From positions 379,819 to 443,818 of the forward strand of contig OZ246402.1 of assembly GCA_965230975.1 (NCBI GenBank): a stretch of DNA of 64,000 bases, written 5' to 3'. Position 1 is the first letter of the stretch. Each line of letters opens with the position of its first letter. Positions 40,415-50,852 of the stretch are shown piece by piece. The notes under the pieces were generated by a model. It did not search any database and was not told the origin of the DNA. It was given only the letters and a program-made list of their open reading frames with translations. A program made the position numbers and the translations under genes. The DNA is from an uncultured Candidatus Saccharibacteria bacterium. Its GTDB lineage: Bacteria; Patescibacteriota; Dojkabacteria; J137.

Positions 40415-41452
40415 ATGTCAAACGAGAAATATAATTGCGAATATCAAGTAGAAGGTATGCATTGTGCAGCTTGCGAACTTGTTATAGAAAAGAAATTATC
40501 CAAATTTAAAGGGGTAAAAAGTGTAGACGCAGTTTTAAACCAAAATAAAGTATTTGTGCAATTTGAAGATGGAGTAGTGGGTTCAGCAATACGAGAGGAG
40601 CTTTCTAAATTAATTGAGCCGGATGGCTATAAACTTGTAGAAAACAGAGATTCAAAAAAACTAAATTATAAAGAATTAGTAATCGGTGCAGTTATTTCAA
40701 TTGCTCTATTGGCTGTATTCTTGCTAATTCAAAAATCAGGTTTAATTAATATTCAAGGAACTCAAGAGATTACTTTGCCATTTGTCTTTTTTATAGGAAT
40801 TATTGCATCCATTTCTACCTGTATGGCTGTCGTTGGTGGATTGTGTATCTCTATCTCATCAAGTTATGCAAAAGAGAATAAATTTTTGCCCTTGGCACTT
40901 TTTCATATTTCTAGAGTAGTTGGATTTTTTGTTTTAGGTGGTTTAATTGGATTGTTGGGATCGGCTTTTGTTTTAACTCCAGGGTCATCTTTTGGTTTAA
41001 ACTTAATTCTTTTTGGTGTAATGGTAATAATGGGAATTAACTTATTAGATATTTTCCCGTGGGCAAAAAGACTTCAAATAAGTATGCCCAAATTTATTTC
41101 AAGAAAAGCTTTTAAAGTTCAAGATGAAAACTCAAATAAAAAAGGATATTTAATGCCAATATTGTTAGGAGTTATTACCTTCTTTTTGCCCTGTGGATTT
41201 ACGCAATCTATGCAAATTTATTCTTTGGGTACAGGTAGTTTTATTAATGGGGCTTTAACTATGTTATTTTTTTCTTTAGGAACCTTACCGGTTTTAGGAT
41301 TAATTAGTTTTGCATCAGTTAAACTATCTAAAACTTTGCAATCAGGAGTATTCTTTAAAACATCAGGTTTTTTAGTTTTACTGTTCGCAATTTATAATTT
41401 GCTAAATGCTTTGTCTGCAGTGGGTTTTATAGAACCTATTTTGGGTTTTTGA
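40415..41452 (+). CDS. HMA-domain fused polytopic membrane protein (TauE/CcdA-like metal transporter family, putative)
   Basis: 345 aa. N-terminal HMA (EGMHCAACEL), then about 8 TM helices with an intramembrane FFLPCGFT motif. Confidence 0.55.
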   Translation: MSNEKYNCEYQVEGMHCAACELVIEKKLSKFKGVKSVDAVLNQNKVFVQFEDGVVGSAIREELSKLIEPDGYKLVENRDSKKLNYKELVIGAVISIALLAVFLLIQKSGLINIQGTQEITLPFVFFIGIIASISTCMAVVGGLCISISSSYAKENKFLPLALFHISRVVGFFVLGGLIGLLGSAFVLTPGSSFGLNLILFGVMVIMGINLLDIFPWAKRLQISMPKFISRKAFKVQDENSNKKGYLMPILLGVITFFLPCGFTQSMQIYSLGTGSFINGALTMLFFSLGTLPVLGLISFASVKLSKTLQSGVFFKTSGFLVLLFAIYNLLNALSAVGFIEPILGF

Positions 41453-41907
41453 ATTTGAGTTTTACGACTTTGATAACACTTAGCTTTTCAATTTATTCCT
41501 AAATCCAACTACATTCTCCCATCTTAAACGTTAATCTTAATTTAGGTATCCGACAAAGTTCATCGCAAGTGGTATACACTCATTTTTAAAACTATTACCT
41601 AATAAAAGATTTGGATGTAAATCTCACTAAAAGCCATAGAACAAAGTCGTGTACCAAAGTTATTGAAGGTAAATTTAATGCTCAGTATAGTTTGTAACAA
41701 TAAACAATAATAGATTAGAAGAGCTATATTAAAAGATATTAATTTTGCCAGTAAATTTATTGTAAAAAGATTTTTCAAGGGCGTCTAAACCTTTGCTAGG
41801 TTGATATATTCACATTTAAAGAAAGAAGTGCTTATATTTTAAAAAACTTGCTATAATCAAGTACGCCAAATTTATTTGACGTATCTTAAAATTGAAAGTA
41901 AAAGTAT

Positions 41908-42465
41908 ATGGATTTATCGTATAGAGGTTACAATTTTAAAACTGTAACTATTAAAAAAAACCGACATTTTTACTTTTCTATATACCCTTACAAATATTCA
42001 GAAGAATTAAAGAGATATAAAATAATTTGCCACTCATATTTTGTAGAAAGGTTAAAACCTTACGATATTGAGTTCTTATTAAAAGATTTTCAGCACTTAG
42101 AAATTGAAAGTTTTCTGCAAAATAATCCCGAATACAATAAAGACAATACCATCTTTTACACTTTAATGGAGCTAGAAAAAGGGTTAAGCTTTTCACCAGA
42201 TATTAAAACACAAAAGCTTTTTTATTCTGTAAAGTTTAATTTAGAAGATTCAAAGGGAATTATTTATGGTCAAATTTTAGGGTTGATTCCTCAATTTTAT
42301 AATAAGCTAATGCACATAATTTCAAATAGTTTTTTTGGGATGAGGCGGGGCGAAGGGTATGATTTTTCAGATAATTACCAAGATGTCTTAAAAAAGATAG
42401 ATAGTTTTAATACTATTATTTCAAAAGGTAATCTCCCCGATTTTATAAGAAAAGAAGTTCTATAA
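41908..42465 (+). CDS. Hypothetical protein (185 aa)
   Basis: ORF following a 455-bp non-coding gap. Confidence 0.35.
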   Translation: MDLSYRGYNFKTVTIKKNRHFYFSIYPYKYSEELKRYKIICHSYFVERLKPYDIEFLLKDFQHLEIESFLQNNPEYNKDNTIFYTLMELEKGLSFSPDIKTQKLFYSVKFNLEDSKGIIYGQILGLIPQFYNKLMHIISNSFFGMRRGEGYDFSDNYQDVLKKIDSFNTIISKGNLPDFIRKEVL

Positions 42466-42529
42466 AATCATTTATCAAAAGTGTTGACAATTAAAGTATA
42501 ATTATTTTATTAACAGTAATCTTCTTTTT

Positions 42530-43273
42530 ATGGAGTTTTTATATAGTCTTTTGGCAGCTTTTTTAGTTAGTTTGGTTTCGTTTTTAGGTATTGCTTTGTT
42601 TATTAAAAAATTGAATACAAAAAAATTATTTTTATCTGCACTTGTTTCTTTTGCTGCAGGTGCATTATTGGGGGATGCGTTTATTCACTTAATTGGTGAG
42701 TATATTGAAACAAACGGCTATTCTATAGATTTAATTATTCCAATTTTTGTTGGTATATTATTAATGCTTATTATTGAGGCATATTTTCACTGTAGTCATG
42801 ATTCAGAAGAAGAGCTTTCTCATCATGTTGCAATGGCAAAAAATAATTTAGTTGGAGATTCTATACATAATCTTTTGGACGGGATTGCAATCGCATCAAG
42901 TTTTATTGTTAACCCGGTTGTTGGAATTAGTTCAACTATTGCAATAATTATTCACGAGATCCCACAAGAGTTTGCAGATGCCGGAATTCTTTTATATTCA
43001 GGTTGGAGTAAGAAAAAAGTATTCTTAGCTAATTTTATTACAGCTTTAACTGCGGTTTTTGGAGTAGTTTTAGTTTTTATTCTTCAGTCACAAATAGAGG
43101 GTATTGAGAACTTTTTAATTCCACTAGCTGCGGGTCAATTTATTTATATTGCCCTGGCAGATTTGGTTCCAGAAATTCATAGAAGAAAGGGAGCTTTAAA
43201 ATATATTGTGGAAATTACTACATTCGTTTTAGGCTTTGTGGCCATGTACGCTTTAATTCTATTAGAAGCATAA
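42530..43273 (+). CDS. ZIP-family divalent metal transporter (ZupT-like)
   Basis: 247 aa. HEIPQEFADAGIL and HxxxD motifs in TM helices. Confidence 0.8.
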   Translation: MEFLYSLLAAFLVSLVSFLGIALFIKKLNTKKLFLSALVSFAAGALLGDAFIHLIGEYIETNGYSIDLIIPIFVGILLMLIIEAYFHCSHDSEEELSHHVAMAKNNLVGDSIHNLLDGIAIASSFIVNPVVGISSTIAIIIHEIPQEFADAGILLYSGWSKKKVFLANFITALTAVFGVVLVFILQSQIEGIENFLIPLAAGQFIYIALADLVPEIHRRKGALKYIVEITTFVLGFVAMYALILLEA

Positions 43274-43418
43274 AAAGTCTACCTATCAAATTCACTTAAC
43301 AATGGGGAGTATTTTTTATAGTCTCCTTAATTTTGAGATATTTTTTCAAACTGTAAGTTTTTTGTAAGATTACTTTACTAGAATATTAATAGTCTCTTTA
43401 CATTTTACTATTAATATT

Positions 43419-44051
43419 ATGGACTTTTTACCCAGAGAAAAGCTTTTAAAATATGGCCCTGATAAACTTTCAGATTCGGAGCTTTTGGCATTATTACTTA
43501 GAACTGGCAAAAAGGGCCAAAGTGTAACTATTTTTTCTAAGATTATTTTAAAAGATCTGTTAAAGATTGGAGTAAGTAATTTAACTTTAAAATCGTTAAT
43601 GAATATACAGGGGTTGGGTCTTGCCAAATCTTGTGAGATTTTGGCAGCTTTGGAGCTTTCAAAACGTTTATTGCAAGGCAAAAAAAACACAATTATTATG
43701 TCTCCTAAAGATGTTATGCTTGCCATGCAAGACATTGTTTTATCTAAAAAAGAGCACTTTGTTGTGTTTTATTTAGATAGTCGTAATCAAGAAATTATTA
43801 GGGATATTATATCTATAGGTTCACTAAATAATAGTTTTGCCCACCCAAGAGAGATTTTTGAGAATGCTATAAAAAACAATGCGGCGTCTATCATTATTGC
43901 GCATAATCACCCTTCTCAAGACCCAACCCCGTCAAATGCTGATATTGAAATTACTAAACGAATTTTAGAAGCAGGTAAAATTTTAGGCATAGAAATGCTA
44001 GACCATGTAATAGTTTCAAAAAATAAATGGTGGAGCTGGAAAGAGGGTTAA
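43419..44051 (+). CDS. radC: RadC-family JAB-domain protein
   Basis: 210 aa. HhH N-terminus and HNHPSQDPTPSNADIEITKR JAMM motif. Confidence 0.85.
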   Translation: MDFLPREKLLKYGPDKLSDSELLALLLRTGKKGQSVTIFSKIILKDLLKIGVSNLTLKSLMNIQGLGLAKSCEILAALELSKRLLQGKKNTIIMSPKDVMLAMQDIVLSKKEHFVVFYLDSRNQEIIRDIISIGSLNNSFAHPREIFENAIKNNAASIIIAHNHPSQDPTPSNADIEITKRILEAGKILGIEMLDHVIVSKNKWWSWKEG

Positions 44052-47000
44052 TCGTTATTCAATATGAGATTAATCAACTTTAGGCTCAACGTAGGGTTTT
44101 GATACTCTTTTATTTGTTCCAATAAGTGTGATAAGGCTGTTAATAAATCTCTTAGCATTTGTGCAAATGCACTGTCTTGTTCGAATGTAAATCCGGCAAG
44201 TATTGCTAACTCAACAAGAGCGTAATATATATCGCCTGAACTTGCAGTATTATTGATTAATGACTTATTAACTTTTGCTGATTGGCCATCCAAAATTAAT
44301 ACTAGTAACTTTTTTAGCATTTTTATCTGTTCCTCAGTTGCAACTTGGTATATTTGCGCAAATTGGTTATTAAACAGAGCAGTATAATATGCAATTACTT
44401 CATTTGCTCTTCCTCCGTTCAGTCGTTTTTGACTGCTTTTTGAAGCGTAATTTTCTATAAGTATTTGATTCTCGTTGATAAGTTGGCTAATTCTTGCATT
44501 AGCATCTCTTTTTTTTGTTTGAGTATTTAGCTCATTTTCAAGTTGAGTAATTCTTTTTTGTGATTCCACTTTAGCTTTTTCTGCATTTAGTTTGTTAATC
44601 TCTACATCCTTCTTTCTTAACTCCTCTGCTAGATTTGCTTTAGCTTCAGCATTTAGTCTTGCTTCATTGGCTTCTGATATATATTTTGCACTATCTGCAA
44701 TCAATCCAGCATTTTGATCTCTAATTTTTCTTTCTTCTTGGATTGATTCTCTTCGTTCCTGATCTACAGCATCCATCTGCTCCCTAAGACCTTCTATTTC
44801 AGCATTTAATCTAGTTACTAAGTTTCGAAGTTCTGTTATTAAATTCTCATTAGCTTGAGTGTTGGCTTGATTCATTGCATCCATGCGTTCTAATAGTTGA
44901 GTTGTGATTTGATCGTGCTGATCTATTATAGCTTGTCTATCTTGAGCGTTAGCAACTCTATTTCTTTGAGCCTCTTCAGCTTGGTGGGCTAATAAAGCAT
45001 TTATAGTATTAAAAGTACCTTCATTAATTGCACTAATAATTTCTGCTACATTTTGTTGTGGTGCTACTGGAGCAGGGTTACTAGGCAGTGGATTTGGTAT
45101 TTGTGGTCCTGCAGGTGCTGGTGGGGTAGGATCATCTGGTGTTGGTCTAATATCATTCAGATTGTCGTCTTGGGTTACAGGCCTATCAAAGTATTTTTGG
45201 ATTTCAGTTAATAATCCATCATAATTATTATATAGTTCATTAATTCTATTTTGTATATTCCTCATGCCATCTTGTGTAGGATTTTGAATAAATTCTCTAA
45301 CTTCTTTAATCAGTTCCCTAATCCTTACATCTAGGGTTTTTAGTCGAGTTTCAAATTCTCGTCGAATTTCTGGTGATAATTCTCTAATATAATCAACTTC
45401 ACCTAATAATCTTCTTAAATCGTCAATTACTGAATTTGCATTATCAATCGCATTTAACGCATCTCTTAAATTTTGCAACTCAGTATTAATTTCGGACAAG
45501 TCTCCAATGATAGCTTGTCTATTCTGGTTAGCCTCTACAACTAATCCTAAAGATATATTGTCTTTAACATTACTATTAGCCCTTTGGTTTACAATGTTTT
45601 CATTTTTAGGGCTTAGTCTGTTAATAAATTCTCTTAAAAACCTCCCAATTTTAGTATTTGGCCTGTCCCAGAAATTATTTATTAAGAAATTGATTAAACT
45701 TGCATATTGATTAGGTAGCTTTTGAATAGTAGCTTGCTCATCTGTCTGTGTAGTATTATTTAATAATTGTTGTAGCCTTATAAGTTCTCCTATAAATTTA
45801 TTTAACTCAGCCCTATTGATATTAGGGATTCTATTTGCATCAATAGGTTGTAATTGTGGCGGGATGTGAGTTTGGTTTCTAATTACTTGGAACTGTTGTA
45901 TACCATTTGGATCTAAATTCAATATATCTTGTGGTTGCACATTTTGTAGTCCTTGATCTTGGCTTACAACTGCTGGTCTAACTGGTGTTGGTACCTGATC
46001 TGCTACTGGGGCTGGTGGTACAACTGGTTGAGGTCGCACTCGGTTTGGATCAGCAACCGCTGGTTGACCTTGTCTTCGAGCAACTTGTGCCCTTTGTTGT
46101 TGATTGGCATCTGCGCCTGGATCTCGTGCAGGAAAAAATCCTAAATCTCGTTGTAATTCAGCAATCCTTCGATCAAATTCATCGATCTGATCTTGATCCG
46201 CGACAAGATCGTCGTCATCGTCGAAATTGAGGTCATCAAATTGATCATCGTTATCAAAATTAAAATCTGGTAAGTGATCAGGTTGATCAACTTGTGCTAC
46301 ATCCCTTTGATTTGGATGGGCACCTACATCTACAGCAGGATCATTTACTTGATTTTGTGCAACTTGCCTAAGCCCAGGATCTCTTATATTTGCATTGTTG
46401 TAAGCTAGTACTATATTTGCTAAAAACTGGTTTATTTCCTCAATTTCCTGCGGATTTGCTCTATTAATACCTCTTCTATTTATAACTTGTAACAATCTTC
46501 TTGCTTGGAATTGTAATATTCTCCATTCCGCTAAATTTCCAGCAAACTCCTGTGGAATAGCAAGCACAGCATATGCTAAGTCTCTTAATTGATTCACTCT
46601 TTGAGTGTTAAGTCTTTGCCCATTAGGAGTATTTAAATTTGCAGTTATTCTGCCTAAATCAGGAACCCCAGGAATAATTAAATTATAGTTATTGTTATTT
46701 CTGTTGCCAAAATTATCGTGAATAGGTTGTTGTTGGACAACAGCCTGTTGAACTACTTGAGCTTGAGGTAATACTGGATTCACTCCAGCCGGAGGATAAG
46801 CCAAAAAGTATTGTCTTAATACATCATCTATGGCAGCATTTATAGCTTGAGGGTTAGGTCTTCTGGCATTTAAAAGAACATTTAAATTAAAGAGTGCTTG
46901 TAAAATTGGTATATTTTGGTTAGCGTTATTAGGAAATATTCCTCTTAAATTGTTTACTAGGTTCCTTAAATCTGTTCTTAGCTGTCTATTTCTACGCCAT

Positions 47001-49780
47001 GTTAAAACATTTGCTGGCCATCTCAAGTTTGGATTTAGCAACATCACTCGTATTTGATATGGCAAAACAATAAACTGTTCAGGTGTTAATATGAATGGTT
47101 GTCCAAATAAATTATTTATTGCATAGTTAGGATTTTGAGGGTTTCCTGGTCGCTGAACATTTATAGGTGGATAAGCAAGTGGAGCATTAGCGCCGTTACC
47201 CAGTGCATTGTTTTGTGCATATTGTTGATTCCCTGCATTATTTCTTCTTCGTAAGGCCAAAAAACCTAATATCCCTGTAGTAATAATTCCTACTCCTGCT
47301 GCAACTTCTCTGCTAACTCCGAGCTGATTAAAAAGAAAATCACTTGGCCCTGCTCCAAAATCTACAGGTCCTATAACAATTCCAGGTCCACCGGGCGGTA
47401 ATAATCCTCCCAATGCCGGTGTTGCACCAATACTAGGTGTGCCTATAAATCTTAAAACCCCAGGGTAAGCAAATCCATGAGTAATTGGATTGTTTTGAAA
47501 TATCTCTGGTCTTGCAGCTATCGCTCTTTGTGCTGCAGCAACTGCAATACCATGATCAGGGTGATTTACATTTAACATAGCATTAATATCAATCCCTGCA
47601 AAGCCAGATGTCCTAGCATTTGAAAGTATTGCTCCAATTCTTGCAATATCCTCAGCTGTAATGTCAGCAGTTGTATTTCCATGTCCTAATATTTCATGAA
47701 TAGCTCTTTCTGCTCCTGCCGGGTCAAATCCTGCACCTGGTGCTCTAAAGTAGTTTTGAATGTCTTGAATAGCATTTACTAATTGAACTCTATCAGCAAC
47801 TGGGTTTCCCCATTCATTAGCCCAAGCATTTGCTGCATTTTCATCTATTAATTGTGTTGTGGTAGCACCTGGAAGTATTCTCTCCATAGTCCTCCCAGCA
47901 GAATTTTTGGCATCTTCCAAAACTTGATTCCCAGCATTCCCATTTGGTGTATTTGCATCACCATCTAAGACAGGTTTGCCACCTACGTTATTATTTAAAA
48001 GCTCGTTTTCTTGATTTAAATTACCACCTTTAATATTCAAATCTTTATTTCTAGCTTCGTCTATTTCATTAAAGATAGCACCTTTAACCGGAATGTTTTT
48101 TGCTCTTAACTCGTCTTCTAAAGCCTGCTTAACTTCTCCAATATTCTTTTTCCCATCTAACAGTCTATTTAATTCAGGATCATTTTCTTTTGCTAACTCA
48201 AAATGCTTAACAGCTTCTTCATGAGAGATATTGAATGTTTCTCTTAAAGATCTAATTATAGGATTGTTTATTGCATTCAAAATACCGCTCATATCTCCGT
48301 AAAATCTCATCATACCCTGACTTTGTTTAGCATATTTTTCCCTAATTGCTAGTTCCTCTCTTTCTGTTGCACCTTCTAAAGCTTCAATTTCTGCCTGTGC
48401 CATTTGATCTGCTACTTTGTTCATTACACCAGCTGTTATTACTCCTACAATTGCACCAGCGCCTGATCTGAAAATTGGATTTTCAATGTTACCTGTTCCC
48501 GCTTTAGCAATTAGAGCCATGGTAGTAACTATTCCAAGATTTTTTCGTACTTCAGGATCTATCTTATCTAACTCTTTCACTCCAAATCTTGCTAAATCAA
48601 AACCACTCCTTACAGCATCTGTAAGAATATACAGAGGACTGTTTGTGACTCGGGCTGCAACATAAAGACCAGACATAGCACCTCTTGTTCCTGCTTCTAC
48701 AACCATTCTAGAATTAACTCTATCAAAAGATAAATTCTTATCAAACTTATTAATCATTGAATAGATTTTGTGCTCGTCACTTAAATCTAGTCTTAAAATC
48801 TCAGGATCTAGTATGTATTTAATTAATCTTGTAAATTGCTCATTACCTTCTTCAGTATGATTTTTTATTAAGTTAAGATCTTTTTTTGTTAAATCTAATT
48901 TTTGCTTTAGAAAGTCAAAGGCATGATTACTACGTGGATTACCAGATCGAATAAGCATTAATTGTCTTAGTAGGAATACTCGGGGGTTTGCTTGCATTGC
49001 TTCATCTGATAAATCAATTGCAATAGGAATACCAGTCTCTTCATCTACGTACCCATCTATTACATTAATTCCCCATGTTCCTGAATGTTGACCAGGAATT
49101 ACTACGTTTTGGTTGTATTTGTAAAAGCCAGTATCTTCTAAAGAAGTCATTTTTTGCTTGATATCTTTTAGCCCAGGAATTATTTGAGTTGCTGAAACTG
49201 CCGTTCTTAAACCAAATTTCCCAAGCCTATTTAAAAGTGAGACCTCTTTTCTGTTAGTTTGAACCGGTTCTGTATTTTGTTCTGATTCCCGCTCAACACC
49301 CATAAAGTAATCTAGATCAGCTTGACTTAGTTCTGACTGGTTGCTTTTAACCAAGTACTCGGTTGGAGCCACTACTAGATTCTCCATTCGGAATTTTGAT
49401 GCAAATATTTCAAAATCTTGGGTAGGTTGACCATCTTTTGTTTGGTACTCGCATAAAACAAAAGAACCTCTATTGGTTTTAAATACTAGAATGTTTTGAG
49501 CTAGTAATAATTGAGCAACTTCTTGATTAATTTGAACATCTTTAATTACAACTGGGAATTTAAGTCCTAATAATCTAGTGACAAATGTTTGTATATTGGG
49601 ATTTGCTGGTCTTTCAAATCCATCGGGTAACGGTGGAAGAGTATCTCTAATTTGCGAGTTGTAAAGTTTAGCTACAGGTCTCTCGCCAGTCACTTGTCTA
49701 GCTCGCATATCTTCAAACGTAAACCCTTCTTTTTGGGCTTCTGCTCTTAGTTCATCTGTAGGTCTGCCAAATAACTTCAT
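44048..49780 (-). CDS. Giant protein (1910 aa): N-terminal globular region, central hydrophobic segment, Q/N/P-rich low-complexity and acidic tracts, C-terminal coiled coil
   Basis: Single uninterrupted ORF. Central GVGIITTGILGFLALRRRNN TM-like segment, poly-Asp (DDDDD) tract, PxxP-rich segments and a long heptad-like C-terminal region. No catalytic motif recognised. Confidence 0.7.
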   Translation of the reverse strand: MKLFGRPTDELRAEAQKEGFTFEDMRARQVTGERPVAKLYNSQIRDTLPPLPDGFERPANPNIQTFVTRLLGLKFPVVIKDVQINQEVAQLLLAQNILVFKTNRGSFVLCEYQTKDGQPTQDFEIFASKFRMENLVVAPTEYLVKSNQSELSQADLDYFMGVERESEQNTEPVQTNRKEVSLLNRLGKFGLRTAVSATQIIPGLKDIKQKMTSLEDTGFYKYNQNVVIPGQHSGTWGINVIDGYVDEETGIPIAIDLSDEAMQANPRVFLLRQLMLIRSGNPRSNHAFDFLKQKLDLTKKDLNLIKNHTEEGNEQFTRLIKYILDPEILRLDLSDEHKIYSMINKFDKNLSFDRVNSRMVVEAGTRGAMSGLYVAARVTNSPLYILTDAVRSGFDLARFGVKELDKIDPEVRKNLGIVTTMALIAKAGTGNIENPIFRSGAGAIVGVITAGVMNKVADQMAQAEIEALEGATEREELAIREKYAKQSQGMMRFYGDMSGILNAINNPIIRSLRETFNISHEEAVKHFELAKENDPELNRLLDGKKNIGEVKQALEDELRAKNIPVKGAIFNEIDEARNKDLNIKGGNLNQENELLNNNVGGKPVLDGDANTPNGNAGNQVLEDAKNSAGRTMERILPGATTTQLIDENAANAWANEWGNPVADRVQLVNAIQDIQNYFRAPGAGFDPAGAERAIHEILGHGNTTADITAEDIARIGAILSNARTSGFAGIDINAMLNVNHPDHGIAVAAAQRAIAARPEIFQNNPITHGFAYPGVLRFIGTPSIGATPALGGLLPPGGPGIVIGPVDFGAGPSDFLFNQLGVSREVAAGVGIITTGILGFLALRRRNNAGNQQYAQNNALGNGANAPLAYPPINVQRPGNPQNPNYAINNLFGQPFILTPEQFIVLPYQIRVMLLNPNLRWPANVLTWRRNRQLRTDLRNLVNNLRGIFPNNANQNIPILQALFNLNVLLNARRPNPQAINAAIDDVLRQYFLAYPPAGVNPVLPQAQVVQQAVVQQQPIHDNFGNRNNNNYNLIIPGVPDLGRITANLNTPNGQRLNTQRVNQLRDLAYAVLAIPQEFAGNLAEWRILQFQARRLLQVINRRGINRANPQEIEEINQFLANIVLAYNNANIRDPGLRQVAQNQVNDPAVDVGAHPNQRDVAQVDQPDHLPDFNFDNDDQFDDLNFDDDDDLVADQDQIDEFDRRIAELQRDLGFFPARDPGADANQQQRAQVARRQGQPAVADPNRVRPQPVVPPAPVADQVPTPVRPAVVSQDQGLQNVQPQDILNLDPNGIQQFQVIRNQTHIPPQLQPIDANRIPNINRAELNKFIGELIRLQQLLNNTTQTDEQATIQKLPNQYASLINFLINNFWDRPNTKIGRFLREFINRLSPKNENIVNQRANSNVKDNISLGLVVEANQNRQAIIGDLSEINTELQNLRDALNAIDNANSVIDDLRRLLGEVDYIRELSPEIRREFETRLKTLDVRIRELIKEVREFIQNPTQDGMRNIQNRINELYNNYDGLLTEIQKYFDRPVTQDDNLNDIRPTPDDPTPPAPAGPQIPNPLPSNPAPVAPQQNVAEIISAINEGTFNTINALLAHQAEEAQRNRVANAQDRQAIIDQHDQITTQLLERMDAMNQANTQANENLITELRNLVTRLNAEIEGLREQMDAVDQERRESIQEERKIRDQNAGLIADSAKYISEANEARLNAEAKANLAEELRKKDVEINKLNAEKAKVESQKRITQLENELNTQTKKRDANARISQLINENQILIENYASKSSQKRLNGGRANEVIAYYTALFNNQFAQIYQVATEEQIKMLKKLLVLILDGQSAKVNKSLINNTASSGDIYYALVELAILAGFTFEQDSAFAQMLRDLLTALSHLLEQIKEYQNPTLSLKLINLILNND

Positions 49781-49781
49781 A

Positions 49782-50189
49782 TTAATTTGTTACCTCTTTA
49801 TAAATTTGTTCTAAATCCACAGTTTCATCAGTATCTTTCTTATGCTTTTGAATAACATCAGTTGCTTTGTTTAAACTTTCTATAAAATTATTTAAAAATT
49901 CATTAATAAAATCGTCTACTTTTTTACCAGTTTTTTTTTCAAAAGAAATAGTTAACATTCTTGCTATTTTTAATTCATCTGTAATGTTTTTTAGATCAAT
50001 ATATGCCTTAAACTTGCTAATTTCGGATTGGTTGTGAGCATTTAAAACTAGTCTAGAAACATAAGCAGATAGTAACGCTTCTAGCTCTGCGTAAAACTGT
50101 ACAGCCAATTCTTTTGGCATGTTTAAATCTTTAAAAAACTCTAAAACCTTAGAGTGGGTATCAAATGTAATATGTTGTAATGAATTCAT
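49782..50189 (-). CDS. Small acidic hypothetical protein translationally coupled to giant gene
   Basis: 135 aa. Its stop TAA lies 1 nt before the giant ORF's ATG (TAAtATG). Confidence 0.4.
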   Translation of the reverse strand: MNSLQHITFDTHSKVLEFFKDLNMPKELAVQFYAELEALLSAYVSRLVLNAHNQSEISKFKAYIDLKNITDELKIARMLTISFEKKTGKKVDDFINEFLNNFIESLNKATDVIQKHKKDTDETVDLEQIYKEVTN

Positions 50190-50354
50190 TATTTAAACAG
50201 TTTGAAAAGCCTTATACAATAACTTATTTGCGAATTGCTAAAAAAGATATTTTTACATATCAGCTCATTCTATACATTCTAATTTAAGGTTTCAATACTA
50301 ATTGCAATAAACCCTAAATTAATCTAACATTAAATAGTATTTAATTATAACAAT

Positions 50355-50837
50355 ATGGACCAAAAAGATATACTGGACTACGATTTGGAGGATTTACTAT
50401 TTCTTGAACTAGACGACCTTCAATACGAAACAACCATTCAACAAATAAACCTAGAAGGCTGGTTAGATTTCTTACTGAACGGATTTAGAACACTCACAAC
50501 ACAAGAAGCCTATCAAGAATCGCTAATATTCTTATCTACATATTCAGATAAACTTAAAACATTGCAAGACATAGAAAATATACTTGAAGAATTATCAAAA
50601 AAAGCGAAAGTAACAAAAGATACAATACTTGAAAATTTAAGGCTAGCAATATCATTGGCAACAAAAAAATACATAATGTCATATTTAAATGCTCTAGAAA
50701 CAAACCTTGGAGAAGACTACAAAACACAGTTTGATGAAATATATTCAACTCTAGAATCTAATGATTTTGAAAAATACTTAGAACAAATGGAATCTTTAGT
50801 TAAAAGTACAAACCAAGATCAAGAATCTCAAGAATAA
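50355..50837 (+). CDS. Hypothetical acidic protein (160 aa)
   Basis: ORF immediately upstream of the PrgI-family gene. Confidence 0.4.
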   Translation: MDQKDILDYDLEDLLFLELDDLQYETTIQQINLEGWLDFLLNGFRTLTTQEAYQESLIFLSTYSDKLKTLQDIENILEELSKKAKVTKDTILENLRLAISLATKKYIMSYLNALETNLGEDYKTQFDEIYSTLESNDFEKYLEQMESLVKSTNQDQESQE

Positions 50838-50852
50838 AAATTAAAAAACTAA

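Noticed and set aside
45507-48665. Short plus-strand ORFs inside the giant gene
   Set aside because: Antisense to the long uninterrupted ORF. Products are low-complexity.
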